From the NCBI GenBank assembly GCA_023379435.1, contig JAMCUH010000050.1, forward strand, positions 372-64,371: a DNA stretch of 64,000 bases. The letters are read 5' to 3'. The notes beneath the pieces were generated by a model. It saw only the letters and a list, made by a program, of their open reading frames with translations. It was not told where the DNA came from and did no database searches. Source of the DNA: Thermoplasmatota archaeon (GTDB lineage: Archaea; Thermoplasmatota; Thermoplasmata; Thermoplasmatales; Thermoplasmataceae). A program made the position numbers and the translations under genes. Positions 33,643 to 45,100 of this stretch are shown piece after piece. Within the stretch, counting starts at the first letter, position 1; every line of letters begins with the position of its first letter.

Positions 33643-35262
33643 TCAGGCCGTGGTTCTTGCACCCTTTCTCGAAGCAATGGATCTCTTGACGGCAATCTTC
33701 CCAAACATCATCATTGTCCTCACAATTCCACCAGGTCCCTCAAGGCTGATGCTGGAATAATCATATGCCTTCCTTCCCTTTGTCTCCATGAATGCTCTGA
33801 ATATTCTTTCAAGGTTTGAGAATGTCCTCTCGCTGATGGTGTTCACAAGTGACCTGATGAGTACATTATTTGTCCTTGAAGAAAGATACGGGAACATCTT
33901 CCTTGTTATGTTTATGTCATGTTTCCATGATATGTACAGGAGGGTCCAGTAAAGGTCAGGAAGCCTCTCAAGCTCCGGGAATGACTTTCCGCGGATCCTG
34001 CTGGTTGTTATTGGTATTACGGGAAGAGGAAATACCCATGCCCTAACGCCGCTGTCTATTATGTTCTCCACAAGTTTAATGCTCTCCTCAACATCTGCAT
34101 TGGTCTCATCGTCAAAACCTATGGTCATGGTATATACGGGAGTTATATAGGCATCATTCATGATGCCGGCTGAATCTATTATTATGTCTCCCCATTCCTT
34201 AGGCTCCCAGGGAAAGGCCTTTCCCCTCATGTATTTGTCCAGTATCCTCACGCTTCCGCTTTCAAGGCCAACGACGGGAGATTCAGCCCTGTAGCGATAA
34301 TATTCTGCAATGTTGCCGATGTCATATATTGTTTCAGGGCTTTCCCTCACTGCAGGCGCTGAAACATGGGGAAAATAAATCTCCTCCATGCCAAGGTCTT
34401 TGACGGTGGAGAACAGCTTCACGACCTCATCATGGTTTGTCCTCAGCTTCTTTGATCCATAGAGAAGTATATCATCTGTTATGAGATCAGTATGTCTCAC
34501 TCCATGATCAAGGTTCAGCTGAATTTCCCTTGATATTGCGTCAAGTGGAATTGATCTGAATGTTTCTGGAGTAATGGAGCAGAACTGGCATCCCCTGGGG
34601 CATCCCCTTGTGACCTGGACTTCACCAAATCTGCTTGGCTTGATGATGGTAGGGATCTGATCCACCTTTGGATCCCTTCCCTTTGTTATCCTGGGGAAAT
34701 CGTCTCCCTCAATCATCTTTCTGACGACATTCGGCATGTCTATCTCAGCCTCTCCATTGAAGATAGCGTCAACATAGTCAGGTTTTTTCAGACTGAACTG
34801 CCATACACCCGGACCTCCTGCTATGACCTTGAAACCGTACTTCTTTTTAAGGTCCCTTATGGTTTCAGATATCTCTGAAAAGAATTCAGCGTTCCAGGCG
34901 TCACCTCCCCCGAAAAGCATTGTAATCTTGGTGCTTACGGGACTGAAACCATACGGATCATGAACAGTCAGACCCACAACCTTGGTGTTTTCGCCTATTG
35001 TCCTGTATAGCTGTTCTGGAGGAGAAACTGCAACATCCTTTATACCGCTGGAATAAAGAATAGCCTCGACCTTTCTCAGTGCATAGGGTGCCAGAACGGC
35101 TTCCCCGTTTGAGTGTGCCTTCATCGGTGGTGTGAAAAGCTTATCCATCATTATCCGAGGAACAAGCCTGTATGGCATACATGCAACATACCCAAGAGCA
35201 TTGTTCCCGGCATAGTCAGAAAAACTTCCACGATCGGCAGTGAGAACAACAGTGTACGACAT
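33643..35262 (-). CDS. B12-binding radical SAM enzyme, probable GDGT ring synthase (Grs family)
   Basis: CPRGCQFC radical SAM motif; GGPG cobalamin-domain motif; N-terminal LTADRGSFSDY..LGYVACMP..APYALRKVEA recalled as characteristic of Grs proteins. Confidence 0.65.
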   Translation of the reverse strand: MSYTVVLTADRGSFSDYAGNNALGYVACMPYRLVPRIMMDKLFTPPMKAHSNGEAVLAPYALRKVEAILYSSGIKDVAVSPPEQLYRTIGENTKVVGLTVHDPYGFSPVSTKITMLFGGGDAWNAEFFSEISETIRDLKKKYGFKVIAGGPGVWQFSLKKPDYVDAIFNGEAEIDMPNVVRKMIEGDDFPRITKGRDPKVDQIPTIIKPSRFGEVQVTRGCPRGCQFCSITPETFRSIPLDAISREIQLNLDHGVRHTDLITDDILLYGSKKLRTNHDEVVKLFSTVKDLGMEEIYFPHVSAPAVRESPETIYDIGNIAEYYRYRAESPVVGLESGSVRILDKYMRGKAFPWEPKEWGDIIIDSAGIMNDAYITPVYTMTIGFDDETNADVEESIKLVENIIDSGVRAWVFPLPVIPITTSRIRGKSFPELERLPDLYWTLLYISWKHDINITRKMFPYLSSRTNNVLIRSLVNTISERTFSNLERIFRAFMETKGRKAYDYSSISLEGPGGIVRTMMMFGKIAVKRSIASRKGARTTA

Positions 35263-35336
35263 AAATTACATAACAATGACATGAATATAACAGTTTTGAT
35301 CCGTTATTTTATAGTTTATTCATTGAGGATTGCAAA

Positions 35337-36947
35337 TCATTTTATGAAAATCTTTGGTATGTTGATCTCTGATAGTGCCACAGGTACCTTTATTCCAAAG
35401 GACTCTAACCTGTCAGGTTTTACTTCACCCAGCAATCCAACGTCCCTGCCACTTAGTGTCATCTTTGCGCTCCTTCCTTCCATGAGATCTTCTGAATCAA
35501 AGGGCGTGTAGGTGAGGTTAAAATTGCCTATCCTCCTGAAGAGATATTCTACTTGCCTCTTTATGGAGGAATATGCTGCTCCCGGCTGTGCAATGGAGAT
35601 ACATACATGGCTCTCCTGTTTTCCATGCAGCACCACTTCCCCAATTTCAAACACGTTCTGCGGATAGTTTCTGTTCCTATTTCTGGAGTAAAAGTCAAGT
35701 ATTCCAAGAAGGAGGCGGTCTCTCATGACTGAGAAATCCTGGGATTTGGGATTCAAAATCCTCATATCACCTTGATATGTGGAAACTGAATAGAACGAGG
35801 ACGGGACAAGAAAGAACGACATGATCTCCTGAAATCCTGCCCCTACCAGAATTCCCCTGAGCGTTTCTTCATGTGTACGGGAGATATTTCTCTCTGGCAG
35901 GTTTTTGAAGGCAAGCTCCTTCTCCTTAAGATTGTTAAAGCCGAAGGACTTCGCAATATCCTCCATGATATCAGCCTCACCCATCACATCGATCCTGTAA
36001 CTGGGAACATTGATCTCGATGGAATCGGCATTATTCCGGACAATGTAACCCATTCGTTTCAGGTGAAAGGCAATTTCAGTACCCGACATATCTACATTGA
36101 GGAACTTCCTGACCCTTCCAGGCCTGATTTTTAACTTTAACATTCCCGGAAGGGCAAAATTCTTTGGATCGAGACCTTCAATCCGCGTGAAGAATGTCTT
36201 GTAACCAAGGCAGGAAAAGAAATGTTTCATGAGAAACATTGTATCATCAGTGGCCTTCATGTCAGTTCCGGTGATATCAACAAAGAATTTCTTCGTAGCT
36301 GGCTCAATGACTGATTTTATCCCGTTTATCACGGGAGGCATCGACAGTACATCTCCATCGGAGTCAAACATGAACGGTGCCTCACTTATATCGCCTATCA
36401 GCTTCCCGTACAAGGACCCCTTGCTGTGTCTTCTCAATATCTCTGAGGCTTTATTCTCCATTGAACCATCATAAGTTTCAAAAGAGATATCCTCTGTATT
36501 ACCGGAATCGTAAATGACCGGCAGTTTTATTTTATCAAGATCATGGAGACCAATGGAGGATTTTTTCCTGTCTTTCCCCACTGATAGATGAATTTTTTCT
36601 TGAAAATCTATGAGTTCCTCCATATATTCACCTATCTCCCTGCCCTCAGCTATGAAGGAACGAACATAGGGACGGAGCCTTAAAGCTCCTGACTTAAGTA
36701 TGATTCTTCCCTTCCATGCGGCTCTTTCCTGGGGGAATGCCGTGGAGGAAAAATACATCTCTGCGGAACGGACAAGTGTATTGAAGGAGAACAAATCGGC
36801 TCTGTCAGGATTGAGTTCTACCTTCAACTCCCCCTCAGATTGTTCAAAAGAATAGCCAATCACAGAGGAATAGGATTCAATCAGATCCAGACCCCTCTCA
36901 GAGTACCTCGATGTCAGGGATGACCTTTCAGACTTTATTACCACCAT
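35337..36947 (-). CDS. pheT: Phenylalanine--tRNA ligase beta subunit
   Basis: ELNPDRADL, QEKIH...DRKKSSIGLHD, SMPPVIN, PSYRIDV..EADIMEDIA. Confidence 0.95.
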   Translation of the reverse strand: MVVIKSERSSLTSRYSERGLDLIESYSSVIGYSFEQSEGELKVELNPDRADLFSFNTLVRSAEMYFSSTAFPQERAAWKGRIILKSGALRLRPYVRSFIAEGREIGEYMEELIDFQEKIHLSVGKDRKKSSIGLHDLDKIKLPVIYDSGNTEDISFETYDGSMENKASEILRRHSKGSLYGKLIGDISEAPFMFDSDGDVLSMPPVINGIKSVIEPATKKFFVDITGTDMKATDDTMFLMKHFFSCLGYKTFFTRIEGLDPKNFALPGMLKLKIRPGRVRKFLNVDMSGTEIAFHLKRMGYIVRNNADSIEINVPSYRIDVMGEADIMEDIAKSFGFNNLKEKELAFKNLPERNISRTHEETLRGILVGAGFQEIMSFFLVPSSFYSVSTYQGDMRILNPKSQDFSVMRDRLLLGILDFYSRNRNRNYPQNVFEIGEVVLHGKQESHVCISIAQPGAAYSSIKRQVEYLFRRIGNFNLTYTPFDSEDLMEGRSAKMTLSGRDVGLLGEVKPDRLESFGIKVPVALSEINIPKIFIK

Positions 36948-36971
36948 TTTTTTATTTCTATAGGTAAAAGA

Positions 36972-37322
36972 TCAGATTGAGCCCGCCTTCTTTCTTGGTG
37001 GCCTCTCATCTCCCTCTGTAAGTTTTGCTATTTCTTTGTTGTACCTTCTGTATGAGTACTCCTTCAGAATTATTGCTATAAGATCATCAAGTGTGAGCTG
37101 CGGATCTTCATCCAGCCTTTCATTGACAAACTCTGAAATCTCCTTCCGGGTAAGATACTTGCCGCGATTCGAGCGGGGACCGTAATTCTTTTCAATAAGA
37201 TCGTCCACAGCCCGCCTGATCAGATCTGATACACTCTCATATTGGTAAGCATCCACAAGCTCAGTAAGTTTCTCCATGGTCTCCTCTGAAATACGAACGG
37301 TTATTCTATACGGAACGGACAT
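36972..37322 (-). CDS. Ribbon-helix-helix (CopG/Arc/MetJ) DNA-binding protein
   Basis: RITVRIS beta strand followed by YESVSDLIRRAV helix. Confidence 0.8.
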   Translation of the reverse strand: MSVPYRITVRISEETMEKLTELVDAYQYESVSDLIRRAVDDLIEKNYGPRSNRGKYLTRKEISEFVNERLDEDPQLTLDDLIAIILKEYSYRRYNKEIAKLTEGDERPPRKKAGSI

Positions 37323-37578
37323 TAATATCAGCTCTTTAGCGTCTCTTGGTTAACTTCAATGTGGTCAACTGTCGGACACTACCACTTTACTAGAAAGGGG
37401 TATATGAATTTTCCTATTTTATTTTTGCTACTGCAGATTTGCTTCTTAATCATAGCAGAGTTTTGTTTCAAGATTAACTTTTCAATTTTCTATTTTCCCA
37501 TAATGAGGAATGAAGACGGGCGAAGTGGTACAATATACTCAGGTTAAAATATTATAGGGGGAAGAGCATAGCCAATGA

Positions 37579-40500
37579 ATGGAAGAGGATCCAAGGATCA
37601 AGAGATTCCAGAGGAAGATGGAGGTGGAACTCTCAGATCTGAACGCAACCCAGACAGGAAAAATACTGCCTGTCGACATTGAAAGGTTATCCAAAATAAT
37701 CCTTGACGATTCTGACTTGATTAACTACCTTATGTCAGAGGATAACATCATAACAACCCTTGAGGAGATGACACTGAACAGGAAGCTTACGGCCGCGGAT
37801 CTTGAAATGTTCACGAAGGGTATCGCTTCCGTTGCAGGAAAATCACTTTTTTTTGATTATCTCAGAGCACTAAGGAGTTTCTCCGACCGGGACTACGAAG
37901 GTTGCATAGATATTATTACGGGACGCAGTGATTTTCTAAATTATCCTCAGTGCAGGAATTTGCTGAAGCTTTCCTGTCATGAGGCGGGAAGTTACACGAA
38001 AGCTGCGTTTTACCTGGCATCCTCAGGAGTTTATGACGAATTGATTTTTGAAGGTTTTAAGAAGGAACACCCAGACGACAAGACCCTGGATGATTTTTAT
38101 GATACAATATCAAAACAGAAGAATACAAATGACATTTGTTCGTTATATAGAATTCTCTCGGATTTGAGAAGATCGGATAGAATTCTCATGGAGCTTTGCA
38201 GATGCTACCTTGAAGTGGGTGACAATGAAAAATCAAAACAGATTATACCGAAAATCAATTTCGAGGATTTCAGTGAGAGAAACAGCTTCAAGGATTTTAT
38301 AACGATTGCACTGAAGTCAGAGCAGTATAACCAGGCATACAGAGCATCTAAGATTGCAACAGGTTTGTACCCGGACGATCGGAGGATAATGCTCCTCTAC
38401 GCAGATTCACTCAATGGTGTGGGAAGAACTGACGAGGCGGTGGAATACGTGGAGCAGATGCTGAAAAAATACCCTGACTTCACTGACGCAATCAAATACC
38501 TGATCGATCTCTTTTACAGTAAGGGTGACTATGCAAATTTCCTGAGGTATTCCGCCACAATAAAGGATTCCCTGGTTCAGGATGTACAGTGGAGAATAAA
38601 GATCATAAATGCAGAGATCAATCAGTCTGATTTCGACAATGCAAAGAGAGATATCATAAGTGCAGAAAATGCCTATCCCAGCAACCCTGAAATACTAAGC
38701 CTAAAGCTTGACTTTCAGATGCTTATTAACGATGCCAATGGCGCTTTTACCACTGCAAGGGAAATATTCCGAATGGACAGGAATGACAGAAGGGCAAGGG
38801 ATTTTCTATTCTATGAACTGTTCAGCAAGCAGGATTATGAGGAGCTTCTTAGGGACATTGAAGAATTTGGCAGGGATGACGATTACCTTCACTTGAAGAT
38901 CGCGTCACTTATCTACATGGGAAGAATAAATGATGCCATAACGGCAGGCAGAAGGGACAAAAGTATCTTTCAGGACGATGTTGTCCTCGACTCCATTTTC
39001 TTCACGGTCAGGGATGATAGTTCAATCAAATCAATAGTTGAAGTTTCCGGTGACGACTCTGGCCTTCTTTCGGTGGTCATCAAGAGCATCCGGGGCTCCA
39101 GGATAGTCTGGAGGGAGGAACTGTGGAATTCCGTTATATCCAGTAACTCCGTAGCAATAGCATGGATAGCGTCAAAATCCACTGTTAATTTCAGGGACGG
39201 AGTAAGACCGGATGTCCTTACAAGCTTTGTGTCAAAGCAGGCATTCAATGTTGTGAACAACCTTGTGGATGCAATCTTTCTCATCTACAGCGGTAAATTC
39301 AGCGAAGATATGAAGGATTCCAGGAAGTTCATGTATCCAATTACTGAGGCACTTCTCGAAACCGGCAATACTGAACTTGCAGAGAAAAAGCTGCAAGAAG
39401 CTTATGACCCAAGAAATCCGGATCCATTTTTTTATTACATGGATGCATATGTTCTCTTCAGGGAAGGAAATTATTCACAGTCCTTGAAGATGCTGTCCAG
39501 GGCTCTTGAAAATCTCTCAAATTCATCATTCCTTATCCTTAAGATAAGAAATTTTCTCAAGCTTGATGACCTGGATTCCGCATTGGAAACCGTGGATAAC
39601 GTGGATGCACTTGATGCCATAGGTTCTCTGTGTTACTCAGATCTTTACAATTACATTGAGGAAAAGAAAGAACCGGCAATAAGAAATAGAATCATTGAAA
39701 AAATGAAATCGCTCGGAGTGAAGAACATATGGATAGAGCGCATGGAAAGGGATAAGTATTCAGAGGAAAAAAATTACGATGACGCAGTTAGGGTTTCCAG
39801 AATAATTGTTATGAGTAAGTCGAAAACTGCTGGTGATGTCCTGACTCACGCTGAAATCCTGAAGGCGTCTTCCAAGGACAATGAAAGGCTTCAGTTTTTG
39901 GAATCAGTTGAGAAGGAAACATCAGATTTCAAGATAGACATCTGGATAGCCGATTCCAAATACCTCAGAAAGGAATACAAGGAAGCCGTTGAATATTACA
40001 GGAAGGCCATAGAAAAAGGCTGTCAAATTCAAGAGATCATAAATTATCCTGACGCTCTCATAGCAGGAGGCTTTTATTATGAGGCTGAGGCTGTTATCCG
40101 GTCACTCCCAGATCCAGTTCTTTATCTCGTTAAGCTGTACCACAGCACGAGCAGAATCGATGATTTGGTAATCCTACTATCATCACTTGAATACGAGAAG
40201 AGATCGGAGATAGAAGCCTTCCAGTATGCCTCTGAAGCACTCTGGGTAAACAGAAAGGTCAGGGACACACTGGTAAACATATTTTACCACACCGAAAATC
40301 CCACGCTGGGTAAGATCATATCCCAGAGGCTCCTGGAATCGAGGGACCTCATTAGCGCCGAAAAAATTATGAGAGCCTTGATGAAGGCCTATCCAAAGGA
40401 CATTGACAATATGAGATCACTTGCGTCCCTTCTGTACGAGACGAACCATCCAATTGAGGCATTAAACCTGCTTGGTAAGGCTGTTAAAGCCGCATCCGAC

Positions 40501-41262
40501 TCGGATCAGAGATCTTCCGCCCTTGATCTCATGGCGCAGATAATGTATGAAACTGGTGATTTCAACGGTCTCAAAAAACTCTATTCGGGAAACACAAAAA
40601 TGCTGAACCAGAAAAACCTTCAGTGGATCATACGGAGCCTCATCGAAACCTATGAGTTCGACCAGGCGGATCAGCTTATGGGGCAGTTTCATGGAAACAT
40701 CCTCCCGGACGATGTTTTCAAGGAACTTGTGGAGGAGATGAACACAAAGAAGGAGTTTCTCAGGCTACAGAGCTACGCTGCAAAAATATTTGACGTTGAG
40801 TACAAACTCGGGAAGGTTCTTACAGCAGATGAGATAGTTTATCAGGCTGATATCCCGCTGAATGTTGTTGAAGAGGTATACCATTTCATTGACAGCGAGT
40901 CTTATTATATCGAAGAGGATGAGCCTTCCTACGAAATAATCACGCGGGACCTTTTCAAGAGGATTGTCAGGAAAACAAACATAGATAATATCATATATGT
41001 AAAGATTAACATAATATATCACAATTTACCAAGGAAGGACGTGATTCTTGCGAAGAACATATACATATACATAAAAAAATGCCTCAGGAAGAGAAGATCA
41101 CCATTACTCAACGACAAGAGAATAAATTCACTGCTAAAGTCTGCCCTGAAAATGAATCTAAGGAGAGAGCCACTTGAGGTTGCATATAATCTCAACATTG
41201 GGATGGATGAAGCAATGGATGTCATCACACTGATTGAATACGTCAGAAACCTGGACGGATAG
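37579..41262 (+). CDS. Large TPR/alpha-solenoid protein (1227 aa)
   Basis: TPR-like repeats (e.g. YADSLNGVGRTDEAVEYVEQMLKKYPD; LASLLYETNHPIEALNLLGKAV); no TM segment. Confidence 0.8.
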   Translation: MEEDPRIKRFQRKMEVELSDLNATQTGKILPVDIERLSKIILDDSDLINYLMSEDNIITTLEEMTLNRKLTAADLEMFTKGIASVAGKSLFFDYLRALRSFSDRDYEGCIDIITGRSDFLNYPQCRNLLKLSCHEAGSYTKAAFYLASSGVYDELIFEGFKKEHPDDKTLDDFYDTISKQKNTNDICSLYRILSDLRRSDRILMELCRCYLEVGDNEKSKQIIPKINFEDFSERNSFKDFITIALKSEQYNQAYRASKIATGLYPDDRRIMLLYADSLNGVGRTDEAVEYVEQMLKKYPDFTDAIKYLIDLFYSKGDYANFLRYSATIKDSLVQDVQWRIKIINAEINQSDFDNAKRDIISAENAYPSNPEILSLKLDFQMLINDANGAFTTAREIFRMDRNDRRARDFLFYELFSKQDYEELLRDIEEFGRDDDYLHLKIASLIYMGRINDAITAGRRDKSIFQDDVVLDSIFFTVRDDSSIKSIVEVSGDDSGLLSVVIKSIRGSRIVWREELWNSVISSNSVAIAWIASKSTVNFRDGVRPDVLTSFVSKQAFNVVNNLVDAIFLIYSGKFSEDMKDSRKFMYPITEALLETGNTELAEKKLQEAYDPRNPDPFFYYMDAYVLFREGNYSQSLKMLSRALENLSNSSFLILKIRNFLKLDDLDSALETVDNVDALDAIGSLCYSDLYNYIEEKKEPAIRNRIIEKMKSLGVKNIWIERMERDKYSEEKNYDDAVRVSRIIVMSKSKTAGDVLTHAEILKASSKDNERLQFLESVEKETSDFKIDIWIADSKYLRKEYKEAVEYYRKAIEKGCQIQEIINYPDALIAGGFYYEAEAVIRSLPDPVLYLVKLYHSTSRIDDLVILLSSLEYEKRSEIEAFQYASEALWVNRKVRDTLVNIFYHTENPTLGKIISQRLLESRDLISAEKIMRALMKAYPKDIDNMRSLASLLYETNHPIEALNLLGKAVKAASDSDQRSSALDLMAQIMYETGDFNGLKKLYSGNTKMLNQKNLQWIIRSLIETYEFDQADQLMGQFHGNILPDDVFKELVEEMNTKKEFLRLQSYAAKIFDVEYKLGKVLTADEIVYQADIPLNVVEEVYHFIDSESYYIEEDEPSYEIITRDLFKRIVRKTNIDNIIYVKINIIYHNLPRKDVILAKNIYIYIKKCLRKRRSPLLNDKRINSLLKSALKMNLRREPLEVAYNLNIGMDEAMDVITLIEYVRNLDG

Positions 41263-41850
41263 ATGTATTATCAGAGAGGAATTTCACAGCAGGAATTCCG
41301 TGACCTTGGAATCTCCATTCTTGTGTATACCATTGCATTCACCATATGGTCATACAGAGTGGACGAACTTCCTGGAGTACCCACCTACCTTGTTGTTGTT
41401 TCCTCCTTCCTTGTTGCAATATTTGCTTTCCTTCTTCATGAGTTTGCACACAGGTATTTTGCCAGGAGTTATGGTGGGCTTGCTGAATTCAGGATGTGGC
41501 CCATTGGAGCCTTTCTAGCCCTGGTCACTGCAGCTATTGGCTTTCTCTTTGCAGCTGTGGGCGCTGTTTACATACAGGGCATCTACGATAAGGATAAGGT
41601 AGGAAAGCTTTCCCTTGCGGGACCGGCAACAAATATTGTAATTGGCCTTATATTCTACGGACTTAGTCTTGTTTATGACGCAGGATCGGCTTTCCTAATT
41701 CTGAGGTTCGTTGCAACAATTAATTTTTACATAGGATTTTTCAATCTTCTTCCAATACCTCCACTGGATGGCTATAAGGTATTTATCTGGAGCAAGGAAT
41801 ACTATATCATTGCAATTGCATTATCACTGCTTTTCCTGATAATACTTTAA
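41263..41850 (+). CDS. Site-2 protease (M50) family membrane metalloprotease
   Basis: HEFAH, LAGPATN, FNLLPIPPLDG. Confidence 0.93.
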   Translation: MYYQRGISQQEFRDLGISILVYTIAFTIWSYRVDELPGVPTYLVVVSSFLVAIFAFLLHEFAHRYFARSYGGLAEFRMWPIGAFLALVTAAIGFLFAAVGAVYIQGIYDKDKVGKLSLAGPATNIVIGLIFYGLSLVYDAGSAFLILRFVATINFYIGFFNLLPIPPLDGYKVFIWSKEYYIIAIALSLLFLIIL

Positions 41851-42105
41851 TGTCCGTGTGATCTATATTCACAGCATGAGTTGGAGAAAATCCATCCAGA
41901 TTTCACGCGCGTATGAACAACGGTGATTTGCCATATTTATCTTATTTTTAAAATTCAGGCGCTGTAGGGGAGATCACCCACCACGTTTGCAATGCGAGAT
42001 TTTTTTCCTCCTTGTACGAAGAATAATGTTCCGTGACAGGATAATAATAATTGCCGGATCAGCTTTTTATACGGCAATTCCATTATGCTGGACTGGGACT
42101 GAAAG

Positions 42106-45100
42106 ATGTATGAGTTAGAAGAAAGCAGATACGACAGGATCATGGATTTCTTCAGGAGAAGTCCAGAGATACCAATCATTGCTATCCTAGTATCGTTATA
42201 CATCTTGCTGGGCAATCTGTATGCTTATCCTGTCACACTGGTTGGAGCCTTCAAGGGCGCATTTTTCCCCACGTCTGGAGGAAGCGACCCTTACTACAAC
42301 TGGAGGGCAATTGAGTACACCATAATAAACCACCACTGGCTTTACTATGATAATGCCATAAATTATCCTCTGGGAACGGGAAATCCTAGAACACCGTACT
42401 TTCACTTCCTGATAATAATGGTTGCATACATTACATCCCCATTTGTGCATGTTCTTACGGGAGCAGAAATAGGGCTCCTGGAAATAGATGCAGTGTTTGG
42501 AGGGCTGCTCATAATTCCCGTCTATCTCATGGGAAAGGAATTATTCGGAAAGAGAGCCGGCCTTATCGGTGCTGTAATATACACCCTCATACCAAGCAAC
42601 CTTACATCCGGCATACTTTCAGACGGAAGGATGCATACCCCTGAGCTGATATTCGCATTCTTCACCATATACTTTTTCCAGATGGCACTTAACAAGGTTA
42701 ATAAGACCAGGATAATAGAAAACCTCACGGATTTAAGATCGTATGTTTCTTCTATAAAACGATTCATTGGATCAAACATGCTGAGCGTCATTTACATACT
42801 TCTTGCGGGCACCTCAATGGCGGCCCTTATGCTTGCATGGCAGGGTTATGCCTACATAGAAGCCATAATTGTAATTTACATTTTCATCCAGTACATTTTC
42901 AATATTCTGACAAGAAAACCATCGGGCTATCTTTTCCTGTTCAGCATACTCTTCATGTTAATAGCATTCGGAATAGGTTCCTACTATTATGTGGGAATAG
43001 GGGATGCAAGATCATGGCTCTATAATGAGATTTACCTCGGAATAGTCACCGTCGCTTTTGGTTTTCTTGTAACTGCTGTATCAAGGAGACCATGGCTTGT
43101 GTCAATATCCATAATAGCCATTATTTCGGTGCTGGGTTTCGCTGCAATTGATATCCTGAAGCATGGTCTCATTACATACCTGATATCCGGTGCCGGATAC
43201 TTTGTTAAGACAAGAGTATACAGTACCATAGCAGAAGCAGCGGCTCCCCCACTTGGGCAGTACATAGGTGGATTTGGGGCAGCTGAATTCATCATAGGTA
43301 TAAGCGGCCTTGCTTACATCCTGTATTATTTCGCCAAGAACAGAAAAGATTCCATATTTTTCATGTTCATCTTCTCCATCATTTCAATTTACATGAGCTT
43401 TGCTGCTGCCAGATTCAACATTACAGCAGCACCTGTATATGCCATCCTAGGGGCGGGTCTTCTTGTATACCTCGCAGACGTTGTAAGGTTATATGAAATC
43501 AAGAATAGGAGAGCAACAGAGCAGATGGGTATTAAAAAGTCCATCAAGGGTAATATCAAACCTATCCACGTGTTCTTCGTTGTTCTGATTGTGCTTGCAC
43601 TTCTAATTCCTTCGGGCTTCACCATGGTTGATGCAGCAGTACCCGCTAATAATGCGGCTTCACTGAATAACCAGATTTATAACTCACTTCCTTCGTTTCT
43701 CCGGCCTTCAAACTATTCTTCATCCAGTGACAATTTTGTCGGATCGTACGGTGTTGGAATAATCAATTCCAGTTATCCCCTGAGCCAGGCCTTTGAATGG
43801 CTTGCAACGCAGAATACAAACGTTCCGCTCTGCCAGAGACCCGCTTTCGTTTCATGGTGGGATTATGGCTTCGAGGAAGTTATACAGGGAAAACACCCTT
43901 CGGTTGCTGATGACTTCCAGCAGGGTTATCAGGTTGCTGGACAGGTTCTTCTTTCCCAGAATGAGAGCCAGATAATAGGCCTATTCCTTGCCAGAGAAGT
44001 CCAGGGTTCCTATGAAAAGAACAATTCCAGGATCACGCCGGCACTCTTCAACACATTGGCCACATATCTTGGCTCAAAAGAAGCAAAGAATATAGAATCA
44101 TATATACAGGATCCATCAAAATATTCTTACATTGTTCTAAGTGACCCAAGTGTGTATGGTAATTATTCATCGGTGATAGGACCGCAAAACACATATTTCG
44201 CTCTTGTTGCCGGGCAACTGGCAGAAGATTATCCCCTATCCACCATTGTAAATGCCTATCAGGCCGTATCCTCTCTGACAGGATCATTCATCCAGTACAT
44301 TGGCGTAACAGCTGCAGGAAGCAGCTCCCTTTTCCCTTATTCAGGAAATGATACTGGCATCTTCTACGCTCCTTCCTATCTATCAGATCACTCTACATAT
44401 ACATATGAGGGCGAAGTTGTTCCATACGAATTCTACAACATCATTGCGGAAACCTCCAACGCCACATATCCTTTGAAGGATCTTCCCACCGGCGCTTCTG
44501 TCACAGGTTACCAGATCCAGTATACTCCGGAATTCTACAACACAACGATTTACAGAGCGGTCATTGGGTATCCACCAAGTGCTGTTGGCCAGACGGGTGG
44601 CATACCAGGCATCGATTACGACCAGAGCAACCTTTCCGCCATGCCTGCATGGAACATGAGCAACTTCATCGTTGAATATTATCCAGTTCTTTATAATCCC
44701 TATAAGGATTACAAGGCTCATATCAGCGATTTTCGTATAATTTCCCTTCAGCAGGGCTATAAATATGCAACTGAGAAGAACGGAACTGTGTTCATGTTCT
44801 CCCCGATGAGCGAGTTGGTAACAGATTCAAATCCCATACTAGCTTACTATCCCGGCGCCACGGTAACCGGAAGAGTTACAACATCAACCGGTGCTCCCGT
44901 TTCAGGCGTGCTCGTTACCATATACGATCAGTATGGCATACCGCATGAATATGTGAGAACCAACCGCCAGGGCTATTACAACCTCACAGCTCTCCCTGGA
45001 AATGATACCGTATTAATATCCGAAGGCAAAATGTCACCATTATATCTTGCAGGAAGTAACGTGCTTGACTCATTCAAGGTAAATGTCACGCAGAATGAGG

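Noticed and set aside
36972..37322. RHH protein as CdrS or as an antitoxin
   Set aside because: No adjacent ftsZ or toxin gene, and it is longer than typical CdrS. Left as a generic RHH.
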